53,497 bases of DNA from an uncultured Dehalococcoidia bacterium. Lineage in GTDB: Bacteria; Chloroflexota; Dehalococcoidia; SM23-28-2; RBG-16-64-32. Both the position numbers and the translations under genes were made by a program. Under the pieces are notes generated by a model. It was not told where the DNA came from, searched no databases, and was given only the letters and a program-made list of their open reading frames with translations. This document shows, piece after piece, positions 18,252 to 27,844 of the stretch; positions within the stretch are counted from its first letter, which is position 1; each line of letters begins with the position of its first letter. The DNA is taken from contig CAZYOV010000003.1 of the NCBI GenBank assembly GCA_964649215.1, forward strand, positions 1 through 53,497, in the 5' to 3' direction.

Positions 18252-19139
18252 ATGAGTCAGCTACGAATCGCTCTACTTCAAATGACGGCCTGTGGCAATG
18301 ACCAAGACGCCAATCAGGCCAAAGGGGAGACGTTCTGCCGGCGGGCTAAGGAGATGCGGGCGGACATCGCACTCTTCCCGGAGATGTGGAACATCGGCTG
18401 CACACCTTGCCCTCCCGACGAAGAAGGGCGCAAAGGATGGCAATCACAGGCGATAGGCCCGGACGACGATTTCATCGGGCACTTCAAGGAGCTTGCGGAG
18501 GAGCTAAACTTAGCCATTGCCCTGACGTATCTGGAGCGCTGGGACGGCGCCCCGCGAAACTCTATGTCCCTAATCGACCGCGACGGGAAAGTGATCATGA
18601 CCTACGCCAAGGTCCACACCTGTGACTTTTCTATGGAGGCTGCCTGCACGCCCGGCGATGAGTTCTATGTCGCTACGCTGGACACGGGGCAGGGGCCCGT
18701 AAAGGTTGGCGCGATGATATGTTACGACCGGGAGTTTCCGGAGAGCGCACGAATCCTGATGCTGAAAGGCGCCGAAGTCATTCTGACCCCCAATGCCTGC
18801 AATTTGGACGACGGCCGCATCGGCCAGTTCAGAGCGCGGGCGTTTGAAAACATGACAGGGCTGGCGATGGCGAACTATGCCGCCCCGCCGCACAACGGCC
18901 GGTCAGTCGCTTTTGATGCCGTGTCCTTCGATGAAGTCGACGGCGACGCTAGGGACACTCTCATCACCGAAGCTGGGGACAGCGAAGGGGTCTATCTTGC
19001 GGCATTCGATCTGGACAAGCTGAGGGCATATCGGGAGCGTGAATCGTGGGGTAACGCCTTCAGAAAGCCGCGCTCTTATGGGCTCTTAACCTCCCTTGAG
19101 GTCCAGGCTCCGTTCACCCGAAAAAGCTCAAGAAGATAG
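18252..19139 (+). CDS. Carbon-nitrogen hydrolase (nitrilase superfamily)
   Basis: E-K-C triad in FPEMW, YAKVH and ICYDREFPE. Confidence 0.92.
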   Translation: MSQLRIALLQMTACGNDQDANQAKGETFCRRAKEMRADIALFPEMWNIGCTPCPPDEEGRKGWQSQAIGPDDDFIGHFKELAEELNLAIALTYLERWDGAPRNSMSLIDRDGKVIMTYAKVHTCDFSMEAACTPGDEFYVATLDTGQGPVKVGAMICYDREFPESARILMLKGAEVILTPNACNLDDGRIGQFRARAFENMTGLAMANYAAPPHNGRSVAFDAVSFDEVDGDARDTLITEAGDSEGVYLAAFDLDKLRAYRERESWGNAFRKPRSYGLLTSLEVQAPFTRKSSRR

Positions 19140-19335
19140 GCGCCACGCACCGCTCAGGTCGATCCTCCGATGCTCTAAGAGGTCACTCACGACCGAACGC
19201 AATATCCCCGTACGCTTCGGTCATCAGACGTTGACCTCCAGGCCGCCCTCAAGACCTCGGGGAGGGTTTAGACGGCACTCGAGAGTATCGGGACCATGGG
19301 CAAGTTCCATAGCAGGCGCCGCCGCCTCAGCGCCG

Positions 19336-19953
19336 ATGCTAAAATACCCCTGTAGAAATGATCGAAAGGATGCTGATCTGACAGGCGAGGGCAGCCGAAC
19401 TACCGACTGGGATGACAATGATTTCGCCGAGGGTATGCGCCGGAGGGATCCGAAGGCGATGGAGGCTCTGTATGACCGGTACTGCCGGCGGGCTTTCGGC
19501 CTCGCCTACCGGATCCTTGGCGACGGTCCTTCGGCAGAGGATGTAGTACAGGAGGCGTTTCTGACTGTGTGGCGCCAGGCTGATCGGATCGACTCGGCGC
19601 GGGGAAAGCTGAGCTCTCTCCTCATGACGGTTGTGCATCACAAGGCGATCGATGTTCTGCGCTCACGGCGCGGGCAGACGGCGAGGCATCTGCCTACCGA
19701 TCCCGGTGTCATAGAGCACGCGGCCGATACGTTGGACAGAGTAGAGCAGTCTTTGGATCGCGAGGCCGTGCGAGATGTCTTGTCGTCGCTGCCGCCCGAG
19801 CAGCTGGAGCCTATACGGCTCGCGTATTTCCAGGGGCTTACCCACGTCGAGATCGCCGAAAGGCTGTCCCTTCCCTTGGGTACGGTCAAGAGCCGTCTGC
19901 GGCTGGGCCTTCAGAAGATGCGCTCGGCACTAGAGGATCGAGTGTTCAAGTGA
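19336..19953 (+). CDS. ECF sigma factor, SigK-like; start uncertain
   Basis: AEDVVQEAFL.VW (region 2), HKAID, LPPEQ..AYFQGLTHVEIAERL..PLGTVKSR (region 4). Confidence 0.92.
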   Translation: MLKYPCRNDRKDADLTGEGSRTTDWDDNDFAEGMRRRDPKAMEALYDRYCRRAFGLAYRILGDGPSAEDVVQEAFLTVWRQADRIDSARGKLSSLLMTVVHHKAIDVLRSRRGQTARHLPTDPGVIEHAADTLDRVEQSLDREAVRDVLSSLPPEQLEPIRLAYFQGLTHVEIAERLSLPLGTVKSRLRLGLQKMRSALEDRVFK

Positions 19954-20651
19954 AATGTGAAGAGGTTGAAGAGCTCGCCGGGGCCTACGCGTTAGAGGCG
20001 CTGCCCGCCGAAACCCTGCGAGAGGTTCAGGAGCACCTGGAGTCCTGCTCGCAGCATCCGGAGATCGCCGGCCTGCGGGCTGTCGCCTCGAGTCTGGCTG
20101 AGGCGGCCCCAGAGATGGAGCCGCCGCCCGGCCTCAAGACACGCCTGATGGATACTGTCCGCAATGAGGCTGCCTCGCGTGCCGCAACGCCGGCGCGGGA
20201 GGCGCCAGTAGGCTGGCTCCGACGCACCATGACGCCTCGCCTCTTACCGTATGCAGCCGTCACGGCCTTGGCCGTGGCGGTGGTGGCGCTGCTCGCTTGG
20301 AACGTCTACCTGCAGACCTCTGATGACGGCGTACAAGGCGGTGCCTCAGTCTATGCCTTAGCGAATGGTGGCACGGCCCAGGGCCGAATCCTTTATATTC
20401 CGGAAGAAGAGGTCGCCGTCGTGACCGTTGAGGGGCTGGAGCCGCTAACTGCGGAGCAGACCTACCAGGTCTGGGCCATCTCCGGAGACACGTCCACGGG
20501 CATCGGCATTTTCAATACTTCCGAAGGCGGCGAGGCCTCAGCGGCGATAGATGTCGATCTAACCGATGCCGAGGTCGTGGCCATCACGATCGAGCCCGCT
20601 GGCGGCAGCCCTCAGCCGACGACCGAACCGATCCTCCAAGCCAAGCTCTAG
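19950..20651 (+). CDS. Anti-sigma factor, RskA-like
   Basis: N-terminal AGAYAL..HLESC, one TM segment, C-terminal YQVWAI..AITIEPAGGSPQPT; GTGA overlap with the sigma gene. Confidence 0.9.
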   Translation: MKCEEVEELAGAYALEALPAETLREVQEHLESCSQHPEIAGLRAVASSLAEAAPEMEPPPGLKTRLMDTVRNEAASRAATPAREAPVGWLRRTMTPRLLPYAAVTALAVAVVALLAWNVYLQTSDDGVQGGASVYALANGGTAQGRILYIPEEEVAVVTVEGLEPLTAEQTYQVWAISGDTSTGIGIFNTSEGGEASAAIDVDLTDAEVVAITIEPAGGSPQPTTEPILQAKL

Positions 20652-20812
20652 TCGGCCCCCCGCGAAATTTCCTATTTGCCGCCCACGGCGGTGATCTATT
20701 TCCCCGCTGTCCCGAATTACCGTCAGACGCTTTGGTGTGCTCGATGCCGCCGAAGCTCAGAAAGCCCGGCCGGCGCAACGGTATTGATCAGCACAAAAGG
20801 AGGTAAAGGACC

Positions 20813-21910
20813 ATGCGCAAATTCGGTATCGCCGTGACCCTCGGTGCCTCGGCACTGGTTGCGGTCGCAGTTCTGCTAGTAGGTGTGGCGCCCCGGTTCT
20901 CCGGCGCCGCCGACCACCTGGACGCGCCCGCGGTGGCTGCGGACGGCCAGACCGACATCAACGATGTCTTCGCCTTTCAGTCCCCCACGACCGCCGCCAA
21001 CACCGTGCTGATCATGACCGTCAACCCCCTGGCCGGCGTTCTCAGCCCGACGACCTTCTCGGAGGACGCCACTTACGAGTTCAAGATCGATAACAACGGG
21101 GATGACAGGGAGGACCTGACCTACAAGGTAACCTTCTCGGGGGCAGCGGCCCCACAGACGGTGACACTACGCTGCGTTCCAGTGTCCCGATGCGCTGACG
21201 GCGGCGGTGCTGTCATCGCTCAAGGCCTCACTTCGGTTACCATCGGCGTGGACGGTGGCGGCAGCCTGAGAGCCGGTCTGTTCGATGACCCCTTCTTCTT
21301 CGACCTAGCGTCTCTGGTGGGTTTCGATTTCTGCATGCCAACTGATCCCGCAGTCGATTTCTTCGCCGGGCGCAACGTCTCGGGCATCGTGCTCGAGGTA
21401 CCCAGCTCAGATCTGCTAGACTCTAGCGGCCCGTCCATCGGGGTGTGGGCCCGGACCACCGTGCCGGCTAGGGGGAATAAGACCACGCTGGTCGACCGCA
21501 TGGGCATTCCGGTGATCAACACCGTGCTCATCCCCGCGGGTTCGAAGGACGACTTCAACGCCGCCAAGCCACGGAACGACGCGGACTTTAACGCGGACGT
21601 CGAGGCTTCGCTCCTGTTTTTGAGCGGCCTTGACGGCAGCGGCTACACCGCGGGCGAGGCCGCCTTCGTCAGAAGCCTGTTGCTGCCGGACGTCCTGACC
21701 CTGGACACTTCGTCAGCGGCAGGGTTCGTGCCCGGCCTCAACGGTCGCCAACTGGCGGACGACGTGATCGACTTCGAGCTGTTCGTGGTCACGGGCGGCC
21801 TCGGCGCCGTCAACATGCCCGTCGGGACTCCCGTGCTTGATGACGACTGCGTGGACGCCAACGACGTGGCCTTCCCCGGAGCGTTCCCCTACCTGGCACC
21901 AGCGCATTAG
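20813..21910 (+). CDS. DUF4331-family exported protein
   Basis: Signal peptide, ADHLDAP, DINDVFAF, DDPFFFD, DRMGIP..NT, NGRQLADDVID, FPYLA. Confidence 0.85.
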   Translation: MRKFGIAVTLGASALVAVAVLLVGVAPRFSGAADHLDAPAVAADGQTDINDVFAFQSPTTAANTVLIMTVNPLAGVLSPTTFSEDATYEFKIDNNGDDREDLTYKVTFSGAAAPQTVTLRCVPVSRCADGGGAVIAQGLTSVTIGVDGGGSLRAGLFDDPFFFDLASLVGFDFCMPTDPAVDFFAGRNVSGIVLEVPSSDLLDSSGPSIGVWARTTVPARGNKTTLVDRMGIPVINTVLIPAGSKDDFNAAKPRNDADFNADVEASLLFLSGLDGSGYTAGEAAFVRSLLLPDVLTLDTSSAAGFVPGLNGRQLADDVIDFELFVVTGGLGAVNMPVGTPVLDDDCVDANDVAFPGAFPYLAPAH

Positions 21911-21925
21911 GCGACCCCAACCACC

Positions 21926-21961
21926 CGTAGGGGCGAGCGGCCTCGGCCTCTCGCCCCTACG
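21926..21961. repeat. GTAG-type REP hairpin
   Basis: CGTAGGGGCGAG..CTCGCCCCTACG, 12-bp perfect inverted repeat. Confidence 0.7.
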
Positions 21962-21996
21962 GGACCGCAGCTTGTGAGCGAAGGACGTGAACCACT

Positions 21997-23349
21997 GTGA
22001 GCAAGGGTAGGCTGATAGCGCTGGGCTTGATACTGGCCGCGGTCGTCGGGCTGGTGGTCAGCTCCCGCCTCTTCTCCTCGGACGGGGGGCCGTCCGGCCA
22101 GGGGTCGGTGGCGGCCCCCGTCGCCGACGTGGGCGGCGCGCCCTCCTCTGGCATGCTCAGCACCGACGAGCTGGTCGACTCATGGCGCGAACGGGTGGAG
22201 CGCGACCCCAACGACTACATCAGCTACGCGGAGCTGGGGCGAGCCTTCATCCGCCGCGCCCGTGAGACCGGCGACGTGGAGAGCTACGCAAGGGCCGAGG
22301 CCGCCCTCGACAGGTCGCTGGAGATCAATCCCGACTACTCCTCCGCCCTCAGCTACCTGGCGACGGTCCGCTACGTCCAGCACGACTTCGCCGGCGCCCT
22401 GGAGCTGGCGGAGCGCATTTACAGCTTCGATCCAAAGGCCAGCCAGGCGCTGGCCGTCCTCGGCGATGCCCGCCTGGAGCTGGGCGACTACGGAGAAGCG
22501 CAGTCGGCCTACGACCAGCTGCTGGAGCTGAGCGAGACGGCTCCGGTCTACAGCCGTCTGGCGCGACTGGCCGAACTGAAGGGCCAGCCGCAAGAGGCTA
22601 TCGAACTGCTGCGCCGGGCGGCCGCTGAGGCGGATGACGGTGTGACCTCGCAGGAGAGCATGGCCTGGTACCGTCTCCAGCTGGGCAACCTATACTTCAA
22701 CACTGGGAGCATAGAATCGGCGGAGGCCGAGTACGAGCGTTCCCTGAAGGCCTTCCCGGCCTACGTCCACGCGTTGGCCGGCCTGGCGAAAGTCGATGCC
22801 GCCCGGGGCGATTACGACGATGCTATCGCCCTCTACAGTCAGGTGGTGGCCCGCTATCCCATACCCGAGTACGTCATCGCCCTAGGCGACGTCTACCGTG
22901 CCGCCGACCGCGAGGACGAGGCCGCTGGGCAGTACGGCCTGGTGGCTGCAATCGACCGACTGTACAGGGCCAATGGCGTCAATACCGACCTCCAGATGGC
23001 TCTCTTCTTCGCTGACCACGACCTGCGCCTGGACGAAGCGCTGCGCCAAGCCCGCACCGAATACGAGCGGCGGGGCAGCATTCAGGCAGCGGACGTGCTG
23101 GCCTGGGCGCTCTACAGGTCCGGACAATATGAGGAAGCGCTGGAGTACTCGCGGGAGGCGCTCAGGCTGGGGACTCAGGACGCCTTGATGCTGTTCCACG
23201 CCGGCATGATCTACGACCGGCTCGGTGAATATGAGAAGGCTCGCGACCATCTGGAGCGGGCTATCGAGATCAACCCCGGCTTCTCGGTTCTTTATGCCGG
23301 TACGGCCGCCGACACGCTGCAGGAGTTGCAGTCGGAGGCGCGGAGGTAG
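21997..23349 (+). CDS. Exported tetratricopeptide-repeat protein
   Basis: N-terminal hydrophobic anchor and many TPR-like repeats (EAALDRSLEINPDY, ARDHLERAIEINP). Confidence 0.88.
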   Translation: MSKGRLIALGLILAAVVGLVVSSRLFSSDGGPSGQGSVAAPVADVGGAPSSGMLSTDELVDSWRERVERDPNDYISYAELGRAFIRRARETGDVESYARAEAALDRSLEINPDYSSALSYLATVRYVQHDFAGALELAERIYSFDPKASQALAVLGDARLELGDYGEAQSAYDQLLELSETAPVYSRLARLAELKGQPQEAIELLRRAAAEADDGVTSQESMAWYRLQLGNLYFNTGSIESAEAEYERSLKAFPAYVHALAGLAKVDAARGDYDDAIALYSQVVARYPIPEYVIALGDVYRAADREDEAAGQYGLVAAIDRLYRANGVNTDLQMALFFADHDLRLDEALRQARTEYERRGSIQAADVLAWALYRSGQYEEALEYSREALRLGTQDALMLFHAGMIYDRLGEYEKARDHLERAIEINPGFSVLYAGTAADTLQELQSEARR

Positions 23350-23352
23350 ATC

Positions 23353-24870
23353 GTGAAAAGTGCTGCATTCCGCTTGAGCTTGCTTGGGACCGCGCTCATC
23401 GTCCCGCTGTTGGCGCTCCTGGCCGTCTCGGTCGCCCGGCCCTCGACTGCCGACGCTCACCCCCTTGGCAACTTCACCGTCAATCTCTACAGCCGCCTGG
23501 AATTGTATTCAGACGTCATCCGCGTACACTACGTGCTTGATATGGCGGAGATCCCGACCTTTCAGGAACTGGATGCGGTCGATACGGACGGCGACGACGC
23601 GGTGAGTGATGCCGAGAAGGAAAGATACGCGGCGCAGATGGCGGAAGAGATACGGGGCGATCTCTACCTGACGGCGAACGGCTCGCCGTCCCGCCTCGAT
23701 CTGCTTTCGCAGGAGCTCAGCTTCCCGCCTGGCCAGGGCGGGCTCGACACCCTCAGGTTGAGTCTTGTTTTCGAGTCTCGGTCGCCAGGCTCAGAGCTGA
23801 CTGTCGAGTATCAGGACGAGAACTATGCCAACCGAATCGGCTGGAGGGAGATCGTCGTCCAGCCGGCGGACGGCGTGACACTCCTGCAGTCCACGGCCCC
23901 CGTCGAAGACGTGAGCGACGAGCTGCGTACGTACCCGGACGATCTGCTGTCCAGACCGCTCGACGTGAGCGAGGTCGGCTTCACCTTCATCCCCGGCACC
24001 GGAGAGGCGGCACCAGAGATGCACGCCAGGGCAGCCGAGCCGATCGAAGCTGCTCCCGGACGTCCGGGCGGCGCCTTCGTCTCGTTGGTCAGCGCCGGCG
24101 ACCTGAGCCTCCCAGTACTGTTGCTAGCGCTTCTGGCGGCGCTGGGCTTCGGCGCCCTTCACGCCCTGGAGCCGGGTCACGGCAAGACGCTCGTCGCCGC
24201 ATACTTCGTCGGAGTGAAGGGCACAGCGAGGCACGCCCTGATGCTCGGTCTGACGATCGCTGTCACACACACGGTGGGTGTCATCGCCATCGGACTGGTC
24301 ACGCTCTACGGCTCAAAGTTCATCCTGCCGGAGCAGCTCTACCCCTGGCTGAGCCTCGCCTCCGGATTGCTCGTGGTGGGTCTAGGATTGCGCCTCCTCG
24401 TCAGCCGACTGCCGAGCCGTAATGCCCACGTGCACGGGCATCAGCATCACGGTCACTCTCACCACCAAGCAGATGGGGACGGGGCGTCGCTGCCCTGGAA
24501 GGGTCTGGTCGCGCTCGGCCTGGCCGATGGGCTGGTCCCCAGCCCCTCCACCCTCGTCGTCCTCCTCGCCGCGATCTCACTGGACCGGATCGGCCTTGGA
24601 TTCCTCCTGATCGTCGCCTTTAGCGTCGGACTAGCCGGGGTGCTGGCCCTTGTCAGTTTGGCCTTGGTCTACGCCCGGCGGTTGTTGGCCTGGCTCAGTT
24701 CGAGGCGATGGCAGCTGCGTCGGCATCCTTACATCGGATCGGCGTCTGGGAAGGTCAGTCCGACAAGCCTGCTGGCAGTCCTCCCGCTCGGCGGGGCGCT
24801 AGTATTGGTTATTGTCGGACTGCTTCTGACCGCCAGAGCGCTATCGCAGCCCGGCCTGCTAGGGGTCTGA
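23353..24870 (+). CDS. Ni/Co transporter (NicO/RcnA-like) with a large N-terminal exported domain
   Basis: AHPLGNFTVN N-terminus, HALEPGHGK motif, His-rich loop HVHGHQHHGHSHH, several TM helices. Confidence 0.85.
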   Translation: MKSAAFRLSLLGTALIVPLLALLAVSVARPSTADAHPLGNFTVNLYSRLELYSDVIRVHYVLDMAEIPTFQELDAVDTDGDDAVSDAEKERYAAQMAEEIRGDLYLTANGSPSRLDLLSQELSFPPGQGGLDTLRLSLVFESRSPGSELTVEYQDENYANRIGWREIVVQPADGVTLLQSTAPVEDVSDELRTYPDDLLSRPLDVSEVGFTFIPGTGEAAPEMHARAAEPIEAAPGRPGGAFVSLVSAGDLSLPVLLLALLAALGFGALHALEPGHGKTLVAAYFVGVKGTARHALMLGLTIAVTHTVGVIAIGLVTLYGSKFILPEQLYPWLSLASGLLVVGLGLRLLVSRLPSRNAHVHGHQHHGHSHHQADGDGASLPWKGLVALGLADGLVPSPSTLVVLLAAISLDRIGLGFLLIVAFSVGLAGVLALVSLALVYARRLLAWLSSRRWQLRRHPYIGSASGKVSPTSLLAVLPLGGALVLVIVGLLLTARALSQPGLLGV

Positions 24871-24995
24871 GCCCGAGACCATCCGCGGCGGCTAACGAAG
24901 GTGGCGACTCGCCCTAGCTCTTATCGGAGATCTGCTCCCCACGTTACGCAGACCTAGTGTGCGTTCGCGTCACCCCGGCAGCAGCGCCCGCCCCG

Positions 24996-25024
24996 TTGAC
25001 AGCCGCCCCACCGAGGCGCACAAT
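24996..25024 (+). promoter_or_regulatory. sigma70-type promoter of the DUF1059 gene
   Basis: TTGACA, 17-nt spacer, CACAAT. Confidence 0.65.
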
Positions 25025-25070
25025 TGACGCACTTCTCGCTACACCAGCCCAAGTCAGAAGGAGGAGACCA

Positions 25071-25253
25071 ATGGCTTACGTCGTTCACTGCAGAGACACC
25101 GGCACTGACTGTGACGCAGTCCTGCGTGGAGACACGATGGACGAGCTACAGCAGAAGATCGCTGGCCACGGCAAGGACGCTCACGGCATGGATATCGCCA
25201 GCATGCCTGAGGACGAGAAGCAGAAGCTGATGTCTCTGGTCAGGCAGGAGTAG
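25071..25253 (+). CDS. DUF1059-family small metal-binding protein
   Basis: CRDTGTDCD..GDTMDEL..HGKDAHG; strong GGAGGAG SD before the ATG at 25071. Confidence 0.82.
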   Translation: MAYVVHCRDTGTDCDAVLRGDTMDELQQKIAGHGKDAHGMDIASMPEDEKQKLMSLVRQE

Positions 25254-25316
25254 CAACTCAACGGCGAAGCCACCCCCAAAGGCAATAGCCCCCTACGGCT
25301 GTCGACCGGCCCCTCG

Positions 25317-25345
25317 TTGACACCCACCCCGCCCAGGCGCACAAT
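25317..25345 (+). promoter_or_regulatory. Second copy of the TTGACA-N17-CACAAT promoter, facing the 3' end of an opposite-strand gene
   Basis: CGTTGACA..AGGCGCACAAT shared with 24994-25024. Confidence 0.55.
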
Positions 25346-25360
25346 CGCGGCGGATTCGTT

Positions 25361-26311
25361 TTACAATGGCAGGTCTTCGACTCTAAGGCTACCAGGCGAT
25401 TTTCCCTCGCGAGCCGCCTGACTGGCCGCACGCTGCAATGCTCGGTTGTACGGTGTGGGAACACCATGAAGTGAGCCGAGCAGAGCAATCTCGCCGTTTA
25501 GATAGTCGGTCTCAATGGAGTTTGATCCGCGGGCGAGGCTCTGCCATGTGGAGCCGCCTCGATGCGGGTGACCCTCTATTTCGCCGTGCGTGATGGCGGC
25601 GGCCCGCTGACCGATCTCAGTTGGCTGCGCGAACTCGATTCCAGCCGCTTCATAGCAGGCGATAGCTTCGTCTCTTACCGTTCGGACGATGTCACCGGCC
25701 TTAGCCTCAGGCCCGAAGAGCGCCTGGACTGTGTTGGCCAAGTTGAGCAGCAGCTTACCGTACTTGAAGCGCATGATCTGCGGCTCAGGACGAGCAATGA
25801 AACCGCTCTCAGTGAGATCGGAAGTTACCTGCTCGATCAATGAGTCAACGCCGTGCGGGTAACAGCCGGCGTCTAAGAGCCCACCGATCGAGGAGGCGTG
25901 CATCAGCACCTGACCTGGCTCAACGAGAGTACCAGGCAGAAAGACAAGCATGCCGTAAACCCGCGAGAACTGCCTCAGAGCCATGCGCTCGTTCGCCACA
26001 CCGTTTTGTGCGCAGATCACTGGTATGTCGCCAGCGGTGGCTCGAAGGTCGTCAAGCGCTACAGCGGTGTCCTGTGACTTCATGGTGAGAAGGACGACAT
26101 CGTCATCCCGAAACTGGATGCCAGACGGGTGGCCGACCGATGTTATCGGCAGAGTGACCGTCTCGTCCGGCGTAAGAAAGATCAGGCCGTCTTCCTGCAG
26201 TCTCTCCAGGTGCCTTCCACGGCTGATCAATACAACGCCGTGGCCTACCTGATGCAGGCGAGCGCCCATGCTACCGCCTATGGCTCCAGCTCCGTAAATG
26301 ATGTATCGCAA
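25361..26311 (-). CDS. Ketopantoate reductase (PanE/ApbA) family protein
   Basis: YGAGAIGG, KSQDT, AQNGV, KYGKLLLN, STWQS..E.DYLNG; TTG start with GGGAGG SD. Confidence 0.88.
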   Translation of the reverse strand: MRYIIYGAGAIGGSMGARLHQVGHGVVLISRGRHLERLQEDGLIFLTPDETVTLPITSVGHPSGIQFRDDDVVLLTMKSQDTAVALDDLRATAGDIPVICAQNGVANERMALRQFSRVYGMLVFLPGTLVEPGQVLMHASSIGGLLDAGCYPHGVDSLIEQVTSDLTESGFIARPEPQIMRFKYGKLLLNLANTVQALFGPEAKAGDIVRTVRDEAIACYEAAGIEFAQPTEIGQRAAAITHGEIEGHPHRGGSTWQSLARGSNSIETDYLNGEIALLGSLHGVPTPYNRALQRAASQAAREGKSPGSLRVEDLPL

Positions 26312-26380
26312 GTTGCTCAACCTCCCATGCGAATTCACCCTAATATAAGCGTATCCCCTGTAGTGTAGAATAGTTCCGCC

Positions 26381-26464
26381 ATGGAGCCGCGCATCCAGTA
26401 CGCCCAGACCAAGGATGGGGTGAGCATCGCGCCGAACGATCAGAGGCACTGGACTCATCGTTGA
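26381..26464 (+). pseudogene. N-terminal relic of an alpha/beta-hydrolase / class III nucleotide cyclase gene
   Basis: MEPRIQYAQTKDGVSIA then an early stop; TAGAAT 9 nt upstream; family recognised from memory only. Confidence 0.55.
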
Positions 26465-26542
26465 CGAGTTCGGCGATCTCCACTAGGATAGGCGCTGCCT
26501 GGCGGGACTAGTGTTAGCCAGCAAGCCCAATCTGGGGGCAGC

Positions 26543-27571
26543 ATGGTCAGACGGCTCATCGTCTGCTCAGACGGGACCTGGAACACTCCGGATCAAGAGT
26601 TCAGAGGTGTGCGCGCGCCCACCAACGTGGTCAAGATGGCGCGTTTCATCCTCCCTCAGGCACCGGACGGTAATCCACAGATCCTTTTCTATGATGCCGG
26701 TGTAGGCACCGACAACTTGCTCGACATGCTGTCCGGCGGTGCTCTCGGCATCGGGCTCTCCAAGAACGTGCGTGATGCCTACCGTTTCTTGATCCACAAC
26801 TACGCCGACGGTGACGAGATCTACTTCTTCGGGTTTAGCCGAGGCGCCTATACTGTCCGTAGCGCCGCAGGGCTCATCAGAAACTGCGGCTTGCTTCATA
26901 AGGAGAACGTCGATCGGATCCCGGATGCCTTCAGGATCTATAGAAAGCGTGACGAGGGCGCCGACACTGACGAGGCCATAGCATTTCGCGATAAGTACTC
27001 ACGGCATCCCATGGGGATCAAGTTCATCGGCGTGTGGGATACGGTCGGCGCTCTTGGCATTCCAAGCGATTTATTTCATTTCCTTGGCAGAAGCCGCTAT
27101 GAGTTTCACGATGTCTCACTTAGCCGGAGCGTTAACTTCGCCTTCCAAGCTGTCGCTATCGATGAGGAGCGGACATTCTACCGGCCCGCCCTGTGGAGCC
27201 AGCACCCAGAGGCAACCAACCAGGTGCTAGAGCAGTCCTGGTTTGCCGGTGTACACATGGACATTGGTGGGGGCTACCCCGAGAGCGGCCTTTCGGATGC
27301 CGCATTCCTTTGGATGAAAGAGAAGGCCGAGGCCACTGGGCTCGCATTTGATGAGGAGATCCTCGAGGCGCTTACACCTGATCCTTTCGGCAGGCTTCAT
27401 GTTTCAAGGACCTTCCCGTTCAATCTCTTCCCGCCATACAGCCGGCCAATCGGAAACGGGGAGCGCTCGGAAGAGACAGTCCACTCAGGCGCCTTGAAGC
27501 GCCATGAGGAAGACTCTTCGTATCGGCCTAACAATCTCATTAGCTATCTTAGGAGGAACTCACCGACATGA
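26543..27571 (+). CDS. DUF2235 (Tle1-like phospholipase domain) alpha/beta hydrolase
   Basis: RRLIVCSDGTWN, GFSRGAYTVRS, GVWDTVGALG, WFAGVHMDIGGG. Confidence 0.9.
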   Translation: MVRRLIVCSDGTWNTPDQEFRGVRAPTNVVKMARFILPQAPDGNPQILFYDAGVGTDNLLDMLSGGALGIGLSKNVRDAYRFLIHNYADGDEIYFFGFSRGAYTVRSAAGLIRNCGLLHKENVDRIPDAFRIYRKRDEGADTDEAIAFRDKYSRHPMGIKFIGVWDTVGALGIPSDLFHFLGRSRYEFHDVSLSRSVNFAFQAVAIDEERTFYRPALWSQHPEATNQVLEQSWFAGVHMDIGGGYPESGLSDAAFLWMKEKAEATGLAFDEEILEALTPDPFGRLHVSRTFPFNLFPPYSRPIGNGERSEETVHSGALKRHEEDSSYRPNNLISYLRRNSPT

Positions 27572-27616
27572 TAGTTCGGAGTTCGAGAGAGGCGGTACGA
27601 ACGTAGGAGGTGCAAG

Positions 27617-27844
27617 ATGGCGGATGGAAGCAAGGCGCCGAGCGGGACAGGCGAGAGGGAGGAGAATAGCTGGGAACACCTCACTAGTTATTCCAAAGAA
27701 GTGATGGAACGGGTCATCCAGTACCACACGCCAGTACGCCAAGACGAAGAACGGGGTGAGCATCCCCTACTGGACGCCTGGAAGACGCCTAGAGGAGCGG
27801 CGTGCCGGTTAGCAACAGGGCCGTATCATATGCGCAATCCGTGA
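27617..27844 (+). CDS. Small hypothetical protein
   Basis: Strong AGGAGG SD; its TGA overlaps the GTG of the next gene (27841-27844). Confidence 0.4.
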   Translation: MADGSKAPSGTGEREENSWEHLTSYSKEVMERVIQYHTPVRQDEERGEHPLLDAWKTPRGAACRLATGPYHMRNP

